From positions 448,001 through 512,000 of the forward strand of contig CBDCSU010000005.1 of assembly GCA_965221775.1 (NCBI GenBank): a stretch of 64,000 bases of DNA, in the 5' to 3' direction. A model generated the notes under the pieces. It was not told the DNA's origin. It was given only the letters and a program-made list of their open reading frames with translations, and ran no database searches. Positions 32,837 through 41,695 of the stretch are shown here, one piece after another (within the stretch, counting starts at the first letter, position 1; the number at the start of each line of letters is the position of its first letter). The position numbers and the translations under genes were made by a program. This DNA is from Candidatus Latescibacterota bacterium (GTDB lineage: Bacteria > Latescibacterota > UBA2968 > UBA8231).

Positions 32837-34672
32837 ATGACAACGACAAGACTCCTCCCGCGATGGCTGTACGTGATGCGGTGGACCACCGCGAAGTCGC
32901 GGGAAGCCTCTCCCGCCCTGTTCGTGGCCCGCGCCGTGTTCTCGGTGATCCATGGGCTGTTCGTCGTCCTGCGCTGCCTTGCCATCTGGTGGGGGGTGGA
33001 CTGGCTCATGGCGGCGATCGAGGATCCGCGGCAGAGCGGACAGATGCTGACTCGTCTGGCGCTGCTGGCGGGGGGCCTGCTGGCGACGGAGGCTGTCGGG
33101 CGGCAGATCGCCTACTGGCTGGGTTCGCGGGCGAGATTCCACCTCGAACTGCTCTTGCGGCGCGAGTTCATCGCCAAGTCCTCGGAACTCGACCTGGTGG
33201 AGATCGAAGCGGCCGGCGAACGGGACCTGCTGAGGAACCGTCACGCCCTCGAGTACACAGCCTGCGGGGTGATGGATTCGATATACAGCTTCATCTTCCT
33301 CGGCGTGCAGGCGGCGGGGCTGGTCGTTCTCTGCACCCTGATCGGCTGGCCGATCTTTGCGGCCGCGGGGGCCCTGCTGGCCGTCCATCTCGTGAAGTGG
33401 CTGACGCGGCCGAAGGAGGATTCGGGGGTTTCGGAACGGAGCCGCTTGTCCTACCTCGAGCACTTGCTCTCAGGCCAGGATCCTGCCAAGGAGATCCGCC
33501 TCTTCGGTCTCGTCCCCTATCTCGGAGGCATGGCCGAGGAGTTGGCCGAACGGTACTACCGCAAGCAGTTGTTCACCGTCGGCGGGGCGGTCAGAAACCT
33601 GGCCTTCTACCTGCCCTTCCTGGCGATCGCCCTCGGTTTCGGCTACTGGCTCGTGGAGCAGGTGACGGCCAGGGAGATCTCCCTCGGGCTGGCCCTCATG
33701 GCCCTTGCCGTGGTCTTCATCGCTCAGAAGGCCGTGTCGGGCCTCTCCGGAATGGTGTGGGCCTGGGAAGACTCGCTGGAAGGCATTCAGGGCTACCAGG
33801 CCTTTCTCGACCTGCAACCGCAGATCCGACCCGAACCGGATCTCCCCGACGTGCCGGCCGATCTCGGCCCGGGGATCGTGTTCGACAACGTCTCCCTGAC
33901 CTATCCGACGAGCGACCAGCCTGCCGTCGAAGGGGTGTCGCTGACCATTCGCCCCGGCGAGCGCATCGCCCTGGTGGGCGAGAACGGCTCCGGCAAGACG
34001 ACCTTCGTCAAGCTGCTGACCCGGCTCTACGATCCGACGGAAGGACGGATTCATCTCGGGGGCCGCGACCTGCGCGAATACAACGTGGAGACGTACCGCC
34101 GGCGCTTCGGCGTCATCTTCCAGGACTACATGCGCTACCACGGGACGGTGGCCGAGAACATCGGCTACGCGCAGTACGACCGGCTCGACGATGCGGACGG
34201 CATCGAGGCCGCGGCTGAGAAGGCCGGTTTGCACGAGTTCATCGAGACCCTGGACGAGGGCTACCAGACCCGTGTCGGCTCCTGGTTCAAGAGAGGCACC
34301 GAGCTGTCCGGCGGGCAGTGGCAGAAGATCGCCCTGGCGCGCGCCTTCTTCCGCCACTCCGACATCCTCGTCCTGGACGAGCCGACCAGCGTCCTCGACG
34401 CCCGCGCCGAGTACGGCATCTTCCGGCGCTTCCTCGAGCTGACCGCCGGCAAGACCACCGTCCTCGTCTCGCACCGCTTCTCGACGGTGCGCATGGCGGA
34501 CACGATCTACGTATTCCAACAGGGACGCATCATCGAGCGCGGCAGCCATGGGGAGCTGATGGCCCAGGACGGGCTCTACGCCGAGCTGTTCAACATGCAG
34601 GCCGAGGGCTTCCTGCTGGATGGCGGCCATCCCCCACCGGTAAGCCACCGCGCCCCGAGGCCGGCATCATGA
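32837..34672 (+). CDS. ABC exporter, fused permease/ATP-binding protein
   Basis: AKEIRLFG in TMD, GENGSGKTT Walker A, LSGGQWQK, LVLDEPT, SHRFST. Confidence 0.93.
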   Translation: MTTTRLLPRWLYVMRWTTAKSREASPALFVARAVFSVIHGLFVVLRCLAIWWGVDWLMAAIEDPRQSGQMLTRLALLAGGLLATEAVGRQIAYWLGSRARFHLELLLRREFIAKSSELDLVEIEAAGERDLLRNRHALEYTACGVMDSIYSFIFLGVQAAGLVVLCTLIGWPIFAAAGALLAVHLVKWLTRPKEDSGVSERSRLSYLEHLLSGQDPAKEIRLFGLVPYLGGMAEELAERYYRKQLFTVGGAVRNLAFYLPFLAIALGFGYWLVEQVTAREISLGLALMALAVVFIAQKAVSGLSGMVWAWEDSLEGIQGYQAFLDLQPQIRPEPDLPDVPADLGPGIVFDNVSLTYPTSDQPAVEGVSLTIRPGERIALVGENGSGKTTFVKLLTRLYDPTEGRIHLGGRDLREYNVETYRRRFGVIFQDYMRYHGTVAENIGYAQYDRLDDADGIEAAAEKAGLHEFIETLDEGYQTRVGSWFKRGTELSGGQWQKIALARAFFRHSDILVLDEPTSVLDARAEYGIFRRFLELTAGKTTVLVSHRFSTVRMADTIYVFQQGRIIERGSHGELMAQDGLYAELFNMQAEGFLLDGGHPPPVSHRAPRPAS

Positions 34673-35652
34673 AAGCCGCCCGCCTGCGCGCCGTCCGCCA
34701 CTGGGAGTTCGTCGACGTGGACGAGCCGGTCCCGGGGCCGGGGAAGATGCGCGTGCGCCTGGAGCAGGTCGCCGTCTGCGGCAGCGACCTGCCGGAGTTC
34801 CTCGGCGTCCACCCCGGCTTCCCCAAGGCCGCGGGCGGCACCGGCCACGAGGGGATCGGCCGCGTCGAGTCCTGCCCCTCGGGCGCCTACGCCGAGGGCG
34901 AGCGGGTGCTGCTGTGGGGCTTCGACCGCGGCAACGGCCTGTTCCAGGAAGCCGTCCTCACCCGGGACAACGGGCTGCTGCGGCTGCCTTCGGACGAAGT
35001 ACCCGAACGGATGCTGCTGACCCAGCTCCTGGGCACCGTCATCCGCCCCTTCCGCAAGCTCGGCAACATCATCAACCAGCGCGCGGTGGTCCTCGGCCAG
35101 GGGCCGGCGGGGCTGCTGTTCACGGCGGTGCTGCGCAACCTGGGGGCCCGCGACATCGTCGCCGTGGAGCCTCTCGACTGGCGGCGGGAAATGGCGTCGC
35201 GCATGGGGGCGACCCACACCATCGACCCCACCGCCGTCGATCCGGTGGAGGCCGTGGGCGAGATCACCGGCGGAGCCATGGCCGACTTGGTGGTGGAAGC
35301 CGTGGGCGGCGCCGAAACCTACGGCGCCGCGGCGCTCCTGTGCCGCCGGGGCGGCTCCGTCATCGGCTTCGGCGTGCCCGACAAGCAGGTGCCTGGGGGC
35401 GTCCTCGACCTGCCCGTGCAGGAGATGCAGTGGCGCGAGATCAACCTGGTGATGACGATCAACGCCGGCGATCAGCCGTACGACGACTACGCCAACGCCC
35501 TGACCTGGATCCAGGAGGGGCGCCTCGACCTGTCCGGCCTGGTGAGCCACGTGCTCCCCTTCGCCGAGATCCAGCGCGCCTTCGAGCTGGCCGCCGACAG
35601 GCTGGCGCCGGAACGGCCCGCCAAGATCGTCCTCTCCTTCGAGGCGCCCTGA
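34669..35652 (+). CDS. Zinc-binding dehydrogenase (MDR family)
   Basis: VCGSD, GHEGIG, VVLGQGPAG; ATGA overlap. Confidence 0.9.
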   Translation: MKAARLRAVRHWEFVDVDEPVPGPGKMRVRLEQVAVCGSDLPEFLGVHPGFPKAAGGTGHEGIGRVESCPSGAYAEGERVLLWGFDRGNGLFQEAVLTRDNGLLRLPSDEVPERMLLTQLLGTVIRPFRKLGNIINQRAVVLGQGPAGLLFTAVLRNLGARDIVAVEPLDWRREMASRMGATHTIDPTAVDPVEAVGEITGGAMADLVVEAVGGAETYGAAALLCRRGGSVIGFGVPDKQVPGGVLDLPVQEMQWREINLVMTINAGDQPYDDYANALTWIQEGRLDLSGLVSHVLPFAEIQRAFELAADRLAPERPAKIVLSFEAP

Positions 35653-36377
35653 CCCCCCTCCTTCTCAGCGCCACCGCCTTCGAGCAGGACCGGGTGGCGG
35701 GCGGCCTGGACCAGCCGCTGCGGCAGTCGGTGGCTGGCCGCCGGTGGACGCGTGGGGGCCTGGGGGGTCGGACGGTGCAGGTCGTGGAGACCGGCCTCGG
35801 CGCGGTGAACACGGCCCACGCCCTGACCCGCTGTCTGCAGATGGAGCTTCCCCCGTGGGTGCTGCAGTTCGGCGTGGGCGGCGCCTACGAGGGCGCCGGC
35901 CTCGGCCTGGGGGACTTGGCCGTGGCCTCGACGGAGAGCTTCGGCGACCTCGGCGTGGTCACCCCCGCCGGCTGGCGCTCCGTCGAGGAGATCGGCATCC
36001 CCGTGGCCGAGGCCGCCGGCGAGAGCCGCTACAACGAGTACCCCCTTGACGCTGAACTGGGCCGGGCCGCGGCCACGGCCCTGGAGGATCGCATGGAGGC
36101 CCGCGTGGCCCTGGGGCCCTTCGTCACCGTGCAGGCCTGCAGCGGCACGGCGGCCCTCGGCCGCGAGCGCGCCTCCCGGGCGCCCGGGGCCCTGTGCGAG
36201 AGCATGGAGGGGGCGGCGGCGGCCCAGCTCTGCTGGATGTACGGCGTGCCCCTGGTGGAGGTGCGCGCCATCAGCAACCGGGTGGAGGACCGGGACACGG
36301 CCGCCTGGAACCTGCCCCTGGCCAGCCGCCGCGCCCAGGAGGCGGCCCTCATCCTGGTGGAGGCGTTGCCCTCGTGA
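35649..36377 (+). CDS. mqnB: Futalosine hydrolase
   Basis: SATAFE, TGLGAVNTA, FGVGGAY, ESMEGAA, EVRAISNRVEDRD..W; directly upstream of mqnD; start assigned to a CTG (see findings). Confidence 0.85.
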   Translation: MTPLLLSATAFEQDRVAGGLDQPLRQSVAGRRWTRGGLGGRTVQVVETGLGAVNTAHALTRCLQMELPPWVLQFGVGGAYEGAGLGLGDLAVASTESFGDLGVVTPAGWRSVEEIGIPVAEAAGESRYNEYPLDAELGRAAATALEDRMEARVALGPFVTVQACSGTAALGRERASRAPGALCESMEGAAAAQLCWMYGVPLVEVRAISNRVEDRDTAAWNLPLASRRAQEAALILVEALPS

Positions 36378-37204
36378 GCGCTCCCCTCTCCCTCGGCTAC
36401 TCCCCCTGCCCCAACGACACCTTCATCTTCTACGCCCTCGTCCACGGGCGGGTCCCCGGGGCGCCGGCGGTGCAGGAGGTCCTCCTCGACATCGAAACCC
36501 TCAACGGCATGGCCGCCCGCTCCGAGCTGGACGTGGTGAAGGTCTCCTTCCACGCCCTGGGGCACCTCCTCGGCGACTACTGCCTGCTGCGCTCGGGCGG
36601 CGCCCTCGGCCGCGGCTGCGGACCCCTCGTCGTCGCCCGCGAGAGCATCGGGCCCGGCGAGCTGGCCCGCCTGCGGGTGGCCATCCCCGGGAAGCGGACC
36701 ACGGCGGCCCTGCTCCTGCGCCTCTTCGCCCCCGGCCTGGAGCGCACCGTGGAGATGCCCTTCCACCGCATCATGGGCGCCGTGCGCGACGGCGAGGCCG
36801 ACGCCGGGGTCATCATCCACGAGAGCCGCTTCACCTACCCCCGCTACGGGCTGCACCGCGTCCTCGACCTCGGCGAGTGGTGGGAGCAGACCACCGGCCA
36901 TCCCATCCCGCTGGGAGGCATCGCCGCCCGCCGCCGGCTGGGGGCCGCTGAGATCCGCCGCCTCGAGGACGGCCTGCGGCGCAGCGTCGAGTACGCCCAC
37001 GCCCATCCCGAGGAGGTGCGGGGCTACGTGGCCGGCCAGGCCCAGGAGATGGAGCCCGAGGTCATGGAGGCCCACATCGAGCTGTACGTGAACGACCATA
37101 CCCTCGACTACGGCGGCGACGGCCGGGCCGCCATCGAGGATCTGATGGCGCGAGCCGAGAGGGAGGGCATCTTGCCGGCCGGCGGCCCTCCCCTGCTCCT
37201 GTGA
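36374..37204 (+). CDS. mqnD: 1,4-dihydroxy-6-naphthoate synthase
   Basis: GYSPCPNDTFIF, DIETLN, GGALGRGCGPL, IIHESRFTY, PIPLGGI, HIELYVN; GTGA overlap. Confidence 0.96.
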   Translation: MSAPLSLGYSPCPNDTFIFYALVHGRVPGAPAVQEVLLDIETLNGMAARSELDVVKVSFHALGHLLGDYCLLRSGGALGRGCGPLVVARESIGPGELARLRVAIPGKRTTAALLLRLFAPGLERTVEMPFHRIMGAVRDGEADAGVIIHESRFTYPRYGLHRVLDLGEWWEQTTGHPIPLGGIAARRRLGAAEIRRLEDGLRRSVEYAHAHPEEVRGYVAGQAQEMEPEVMEAHIELYVNDHTLDYGGDGRAAIEDLMARAEREGILPAGGPPLLL

Positions 37205-37217
37205 CCCGGGAGGTGTC

Positions 37218-38252
37218 ATGAGACTGCTGCAGTTCCGCGACCCGGCCTCCGACCGGCCCGAGCATCTGGGGCTGGTGGACGGCGACGAGGTGATCGACCT
37301 GAGCGAGGGGGACGGCCCCGGCTCGGTGTACGAGCTCTACTACGGCTGTGGCGGCGACACCGACGGCTTCGGCGCGGCCCTGGAGAGCGCTGCGCGGGCG
37401 GCCTCCGGCCACCGGCGCCTGTCCCTGGCCGGCCTGCTCCAGGGGCGCGGACCCTCGGCCCCCCACCTGCTCAAGCCGGTGAGCGCCCCGGCGGACCGGC
37501 CCCGGGGCCTGCGCGTGTGGCTGGCGGGGGTCACCCACGAGGACAGCGCCAAGCTGCGCGAGATCGAGGCGCAGCAGGCCACGGGCGAGGCGGTGAACGT
37601 GTACGACCAGAAGTACCGCGAGTGCGCCGCCGGAGGCCGGCCGGAGCTGTTCTCCAAGGACGATCCCGCCGCCGTCGTCGGCCACGGCCAGGCCCTGACG
37701 CGGCCGGCGGAGACCGAGCGCCTGGTACCGGAGACGGAGCTGGTCACGGTGTACGGGCTCGACCGCGCCGGCCAGGTGGAGCGGCTCGGATACACCGGCG
37801 GCAACGACGCCACCGACAACGGCATGGAGGCGGCCAACCCCCTCAACCTGCCCCAGGCCAAGAACTGGGCCGGGGGCTGCGCCAGCCTGGGGCCGCTGCT
37901 GGTGACGGCCGACGAGTACGACGACCGCCGGGTCACGGTGAGCTGCGAGATCCTGCGCGCCGGCCGGCGGGTCGGCTTCAAGGAGGGGGACACCGGCCGG
38001 GACCACCTCAACATGCCCGACGGCCTGCTGCACATGGAGCGCACCCTCTTCCGCCGGATGCCCCTGGAGCCGGGGCAGCTGCAGGCCCTCTACTGGGGCA
38101 CGCCGATCGTGTTCTCGGAGGCGGATCTGGCCGACGGGCTGCAGGTGGGAGACGCGGTGCGCATGACCTTCTCCGGCGGGATCGGCACCCTGGAGAACGG
38201 GATCGAGCCCCTGGCGGCGACGGATCAGCTGCGGGGGCTGGAGGGGGGCTGA
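37218..38252 (+). CDS. Fumarylacetoacetate hydrolase family protein (2-keto-3-deoxy-pentonate dehydratase-like)
   Basis: WLAGVT, RPELFSK, VPETEL, GYTGGND, NPLNLPQAK; GGAGG RBS. Confidence 0.8.
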   Translation: MRLLQFRDPASDRPEHLGLVDGDEVIDLSEGDGPGSVYELYYGCGGDTDGFGAALESAARAASGHRRLSLAGLLQGRGPSAPHLLKPVSAPADRPRGLRVWLAGVTHEDSAKLREIEAQQATGEAVNVYDQKYRECAAGGRPELFSKDDPAAVVGHGQALTRPAETERLVPETELVTVYGLDRAGQVERLGYTGGNDATDNGMEAANPLNLPQAKNWAGGCASLGPLLVTADEYDDRRVTVSCEILRAGRRVGFKEGDTGRDHLNMPDGLLHMERTLFRRMPLEPGQLQALYWGTPIVFSEADLADGLQVGDAVRMTFSGGIGTLENGIEPLAATDQLRGLEGG

Positions 38253-38375
38253 CCGCCGACGCAGGCCGCTGGTCGAAGGCCGCGGAACGTTTGCTTCCGG
38301 GTACCCGTGGCAGTCTGGTGATTCCCGGCGCGCCGACTATATTCAAATGATCCTACCAGACCCCAGGAGCCCGGT

Positions 38376-38687
38376 ATGAGCGAAGGCGCCGACCCTCCGA
38401 GGCGTGCAGTCCCCGCGCCCGAGGAAATGCCTTGGAGCATCAGCTATCTGCGCGACGACATCAAGGAGTTGCGGGCCGAGGTGGGGGCCCGAGTGGGGGC
38501 CCTGCACAACCGCATCGACGAGACCCACCGCTCCCTGAGCGACCGCATCGACGAGACCAACAAGCGCATCGACGAGACCAACAAGCGCATCGACGAGACC
38601 AACAAGCGCATCGACATCCACTTCCGCTGGATCATGGGCACGCTGGTAACCCTCACCGGCGTCCTCATCGCTGTCATTAAGCTCTGA
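38376..38687 (+). CDS. Small coiled-coil protein with C-terminal membrane anchor (CCDC90/DUF1640-like)
   Basis: RIDETNK heptads followed by FRWIMGTLVTLTGVLIAVIKL; AGGAG RBS; TATATT at 38338. Confidence 0.75.
   Translation: MSEGADPPRRAVPAPEEMPWSISYLRDDIKELRAEVGARVGALHNRIDETHRSLSDRIDETNKRIDETNKRIDETNKRIDIHFRWIMGTLVTLTGVLIAVIKL
38544..38615 (+). repeat. Perfect 21-bp tandem repeat, 3 copies plus a partial one
   Basis: CGCATCGACGAGACCAACAAG x3 then CGCATCGAC; related partial unit at 38511. Confidence 0.97.
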
Positions 38688-38710
38688 AGCCCCCCGGGGC
38701 GGGCAGCTGA

Positions 38711-40096
38711 ATGCCCTTGCCTTCCGCCGGACGACCCAACGTCCTCTGGATCTACGGCGAGGACCTCTCCCCCGACCTGGCCTGTTACGGCACACCCGCC
38801 CTCTCGACTCCCCACATCGACCGCCTCGCCTCCGAGGGCCTCCGCCACACCCACGCCTTCGTCACCGCCCCGGTCTGCTCGGCGAGCCGCTCCGCCCTGA
38901 TCACGGGGACCTGGCAGACCCACTTCGACGCCCACCATCACCGCAGCAACCGCGACCGGCCGCTGCGGGCCGACATCAAGCTCGTCACCGACTGCTTCCG
39001 CGAGGCCGGGTACTTCACCTGCAACAGCCAGGGACCCCCTTTCGACCGGCCGGGCAAGACCGACTTCAACTTCCTGCGGGAACGGCCCTTCGACGGCGTC
39101 GACTGGAGCGAACGAGACGCGGGGCAGCCCTTCTACGCGCAGGTCAACATCACCGACACGCACCGCGTCTTCCAGCCGGACCCGGAGTCCCCCATCCCGC
39201 CGGAGGAGGTGGAGTTGCCGCCGTACTACCCCGACCATCCCCTCACCCGCGGGGACTGGGCCCTCTACCTGGAGAGCATCCAGATCCTGGACCGCAAGGT
39301 GGGGCAGGTCCTGGCGCGCCTCGATGCGGAAGGCCTCGCCGAGGAGACGATCGTCTTCTTCCTGAGCGACCACGGACGCGCCCACCCCCGCTGCAAGCAG
39401 TTCCTCTACGACGGCGGCATCCGCATCCCCCTCATCGTCCGCTGGCCCGGCCGCCTCGAGTCTGGCCTCGTCAGCGACCACCTCGTGAGCGGCGTCGACC
39501 TCGCCCCCACGGCCCTGGCCCTCGCCGGCGTCGAGATCTCCCGCCACATGCAGGGGCAGGTCTTCCTCGGTCCCGGGGCCTTGGACCGGGACGCCGTGTA
39601 CGCCGCCCGGGACCGGTGCGACGGCACCGTCGACCGCATCCGCTGCATCCGCACTCGCCGCCACAAGCTGATCCGCAACTACCACCCCGACCGTCCGTAC
39701 ATGCAGTTCAACGGCTACAAGAAGCTGCAGTACCCGCTCTGGACGCTGATGCCGCTGCTGGCGGCAAGGGGTGAGCTGTCCCCAGAGCAGCAGGCCTTCC
39801 TGGAGCCGACCCGTCCCCGGGAGGAGCTCTACGACCTGGAGGCGGATCCCCACGAGGTGCACAACCTCGCGGGGGATCCTGCCCATGAGAGCGTGAGAAG
39901 GCGGCTTGGGGGACGTCTCGACGCCTGGATCGCGGAGACGGGGGACATGGGCGAGAGGCCGGAGTCTGCGGAAGTGCAGGCTTATTGGGACGAGCACATG
40001 GCCGCGGGTTTCAGGCGGGCCATGGAGGGGCGGGGCCTGTCACCGGAGATCAGCGACGCGGACTACGTGGACTGGTGGGAAGGGCAGTTGCTGTAG
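38711..40096 (+). CDS. Sulfatase (formylglycine-dependent family)
   Basis: RPNVLWIYGED, CSASRSALITG, SDHG, EELYDL..DPHE..NLA. Confidence 0.93.
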   Translation: MPLPSAGRPNVLWIYGEDLSPDLACYGTPALSTPHIDRLASEGLRHTHAFVTAPVCSASRSALITGTWQTHFDAHHHRSNRDRPLRADIKLVTDCFREAGYFTCNSQGPPFDRPGKTDFNFLRERPFDGVDWSERDAGQPFYAQVNITDTHRVFQPDPESPIPPEEVELPPYYPDHPLTRGDWALYLESIQILDRKVGQVLARLDAEGLAEETIVFFLSDHGRAHPRCKQFLYDGGIRIPLIVRWPGRLESGLVSDHLVSGVDLAPTALALAGVEISRHMQGQVFLGPGALDRDAVYAARDRCDGTVDRIRCIRTRRHKLIRNYHPDRPYMQFNGYKKLQYPLWTLMPLLAARGELSPEQQAFLEPTRPREELYDLEADPHEVHNLAGDPAHESVRRRLGGRLDAWIAETGDMGERPESAEVQAYWDEHMAAGFRRAMEGRGLSPEISDADYVDWWEGQLL

Positions 40097-40104
40097 GTCG
40101 CCGA

Positions 40105-40192
40105 GTTGGTCTGCGCTTCGATCACGGCGCATCGCTCCATCAACGCATCGAAGCGCTCGTCTTCGTCCAGCGCCATGCCGCTCCTCAGCCAT
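40105..40192 (-). pseudogene. Remnant of AbiEii-type nucleotidyltransferase toxin gene (start joined to the last ~25 codons)
   Basis: ATGGCTGA overlap with the antitoxin stop (MAEE), then out of frame GMALDEDERFDALMERCAVIEAQTN, which resembles C-termini of AbiEii toxins paired with DUF6088. Confidence 0.6.
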
Positions 40193-40781
40193 GGGACAGG
40201 CGGGCGCTCAGCGGTTCCGCCAGCCAGATGGGCATGACGGCCCGGGCGGCCCCGAGCTCATCCCGATCCGCATCGGACAGCTGGGGGAGGACCGTTTCGA
40301 GACCGTCCTCTACCTCCCCGGGCCCCAGCCACGCCAAGGCGCGGATGGCGTCTCCCGCCTTGCGGTGCGGGGCCGCCAGTTGCCAGCGCGGGGCGTGGCG
40401 CAGCTCGACGACGAGCGATCCGAATTGCAGCCGCCGATTGGGCCCGGAGGTGAGATAGACCGGGCGCACCGGATTCTGCGTGGTCAGGCCCAGGCAGTTG
40501 GCCGCGGCGCCTCCACACGGCACGATCGGTTCGCCCCACAAGGCCTCCAGCGCGGCGAGCGCTTTGCCGACGCTGGGGGCACGCAGGCCAAAGCGGGTCT
40601 CGACGGGGCGCATGTAGACGCCCTGGCAGATGCGCATGAGGTGGGCTGACCGCGCAAGGCGCGACAAGGCCTGGTCGACGGCCGCCCGATTGCCGAGGTG
40701 CAGCAGTGCAGCCGGACACAGCGGCGCGGCCTCCGGAAGCGTGGCGGCATGCTCCATGATGCGCTGGGGAAGCCCGCGCAT
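40185..40781 (-). CDS. DUF6088 family protein (AbiEi-like type IV TA antitoxin)
   Basis: LLHLGNRAAVDQALSRL, RICQGVY.RP.ETRFG, AANCLGLTTQNP, YLTSGPNR, ELRHAPRW; ATG 40781 after GGAG. Confidence 0.88.
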   Translation of the reverse strand: MRGLPQRIMEHAATLPEAAPLCPAALLHLGNRAAVDQALSRLARSAHLMRICQGVYMRPVETRFGLRAPSVGKALAALEALWGEPIVPCGGAAANCLGLTTQNPVRPVYLTSGPNRRLQFGSLVVELRHAPRWQLAAPHRKAGDAIRALAWLGPGEVEDGLETVLPQLSDADRDELGAARAVMPIWLAEPLSARLSHG

Positions 40782-40851
40782 GGTCGTGTCTCCGATTGGT
40801 TTTGTCAGAAATCTAATGCCGAAAGTGACGTTGGCAATCCCGGCGCAGCCC

Positions 40852-40888
40852 GGAGGGGCGGGGCTATCGCCGGAGATCAGCGACGCGG
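40852..40888 (+). repeat. Imperfect direct repeat of the sulfatase 3' end (40024-40061)
   Basis: GGAGGGGCGGGGC-TATCGCCGGAGATCAGCGACGCGG vs GGAGGGGCGGGGCCTGTCACCGGAGATCAGCGACGCGG. Confidence 0.85.
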
Positions 40889-40966
40889 GCCACGCCCGGT
40901 CCATCTGGAGAGTCGTCTACCAGGAATCCAGGAACGCCTTCGGGGCCGGCAATGCGGGCTCCGGTC

Positions 40967-41686
40967 TCAACCCCCTTCGGTTTGGTGCCGCTCAACCAAC
41001 TCGGCCATGCTGCCGAATCGGAAGTCTGGCTCCACCGCCTGCGATGGCGGGAACGTAGCGCCGCCGCCACGGCCTCCCCGCCGGTCGATCCATACCGTGG
41101 CCAGTCCCATCGCCTTGGCCGGCACGTGGTCGTGGAAGAGGCTCTGCGCCACGTGCAGGATGCCCTCCGGGCCGGCGCCGAAGTCGGCTCTCACCCTGGC
41201 CAGCAGGAACTCGAAGTTGGCCGCCGCCGGCTTGTACGAGCCGATCTCCTCGGCGGTGAGCACCGCGTCCCAGGGATCACCGAGGCGGGCGGCGCTGCCG
41301 TGGTAGCTGGCGCGGTCGCAGTTGGTGAGGGTGACCAGCCGGTGGTGGCCCTTCAGCCAGCCCAGCGCCGGGGCCGCGTCCTCGTAGGCGGGCCAGTCGC
41401 CGACGGACCGGCCGAAGCGGCGGCTCTCCGCCTGATCAGTTTCCGCGCCCCATCGCCGGGCCAGGCCGTGGTGAACGGCCGCCAGCAGGTCCGCGTAGAG
41501 CAGGCCGGGGTTCGCCGCCTGGCAGGCCGACTCCTCGCGGGCGAAGGCGGTCAGGGCGTCATCGCGGACCGGCGGATCGGCCAGCCGCGAGCAGAGGGGC
41601 TGCAGCGCCTCCCAGATCCCGGTCTCCCAGTCGATCAGGGTGCCGTAGGTGTCGAAGGTGAGGACGGGGAAATCGCGCAGGCCCAT
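40967..41686 (-). CDS. HAD-family hydrolase (haloacid dehalogenase type II-like)
   Basis: TFDTYGTLIDWETG, LTNCD, IGSYKP, HVAQSLFHDH. Confidence 0.92.
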   Translation of the reverse strand: MGLRDFPVLTFDTYGTLIDWETGIWEALQPLCSRLADPPVRDDALTAFAREESACQAANPGLLYADLLAAVHHGLARRWGAETDQAESRRFGRSVGDWPAYEDAAPALGWLKGHHRLVTLTNCDRASYHGSAARLGDPWDAVLTAEEIGSYKPAAANFEFLLARVRADFGAGPEGILHVAQSLFHDHVPAKAMGLATVWIDRRGGRGGGATFPPSQAVEPDFRFGSMAELVERHQTEGG

Positions 41687-41695
41687 GGGGTCGCC

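Noticed and set aside
32837-34672. ABC exporter as marker of a RiPP/bacteriocin cluster
   Set aside because: No precursor peptide, modifying enzyme or C39 peptidase domain is visible nearby.
38511-38615. 21-bp repeats as a mini CRISPR
   Set aside because: Head-to-tail with no spacers, encoding coiled-coil heptads.
40800-40832. Possible AbiEi operator upstream of the DUF6088 gene (TGTCAGAAA...AAAGTGAC)
   Set aside because: Only 4 bp of the arms pair; too degenerate to call.
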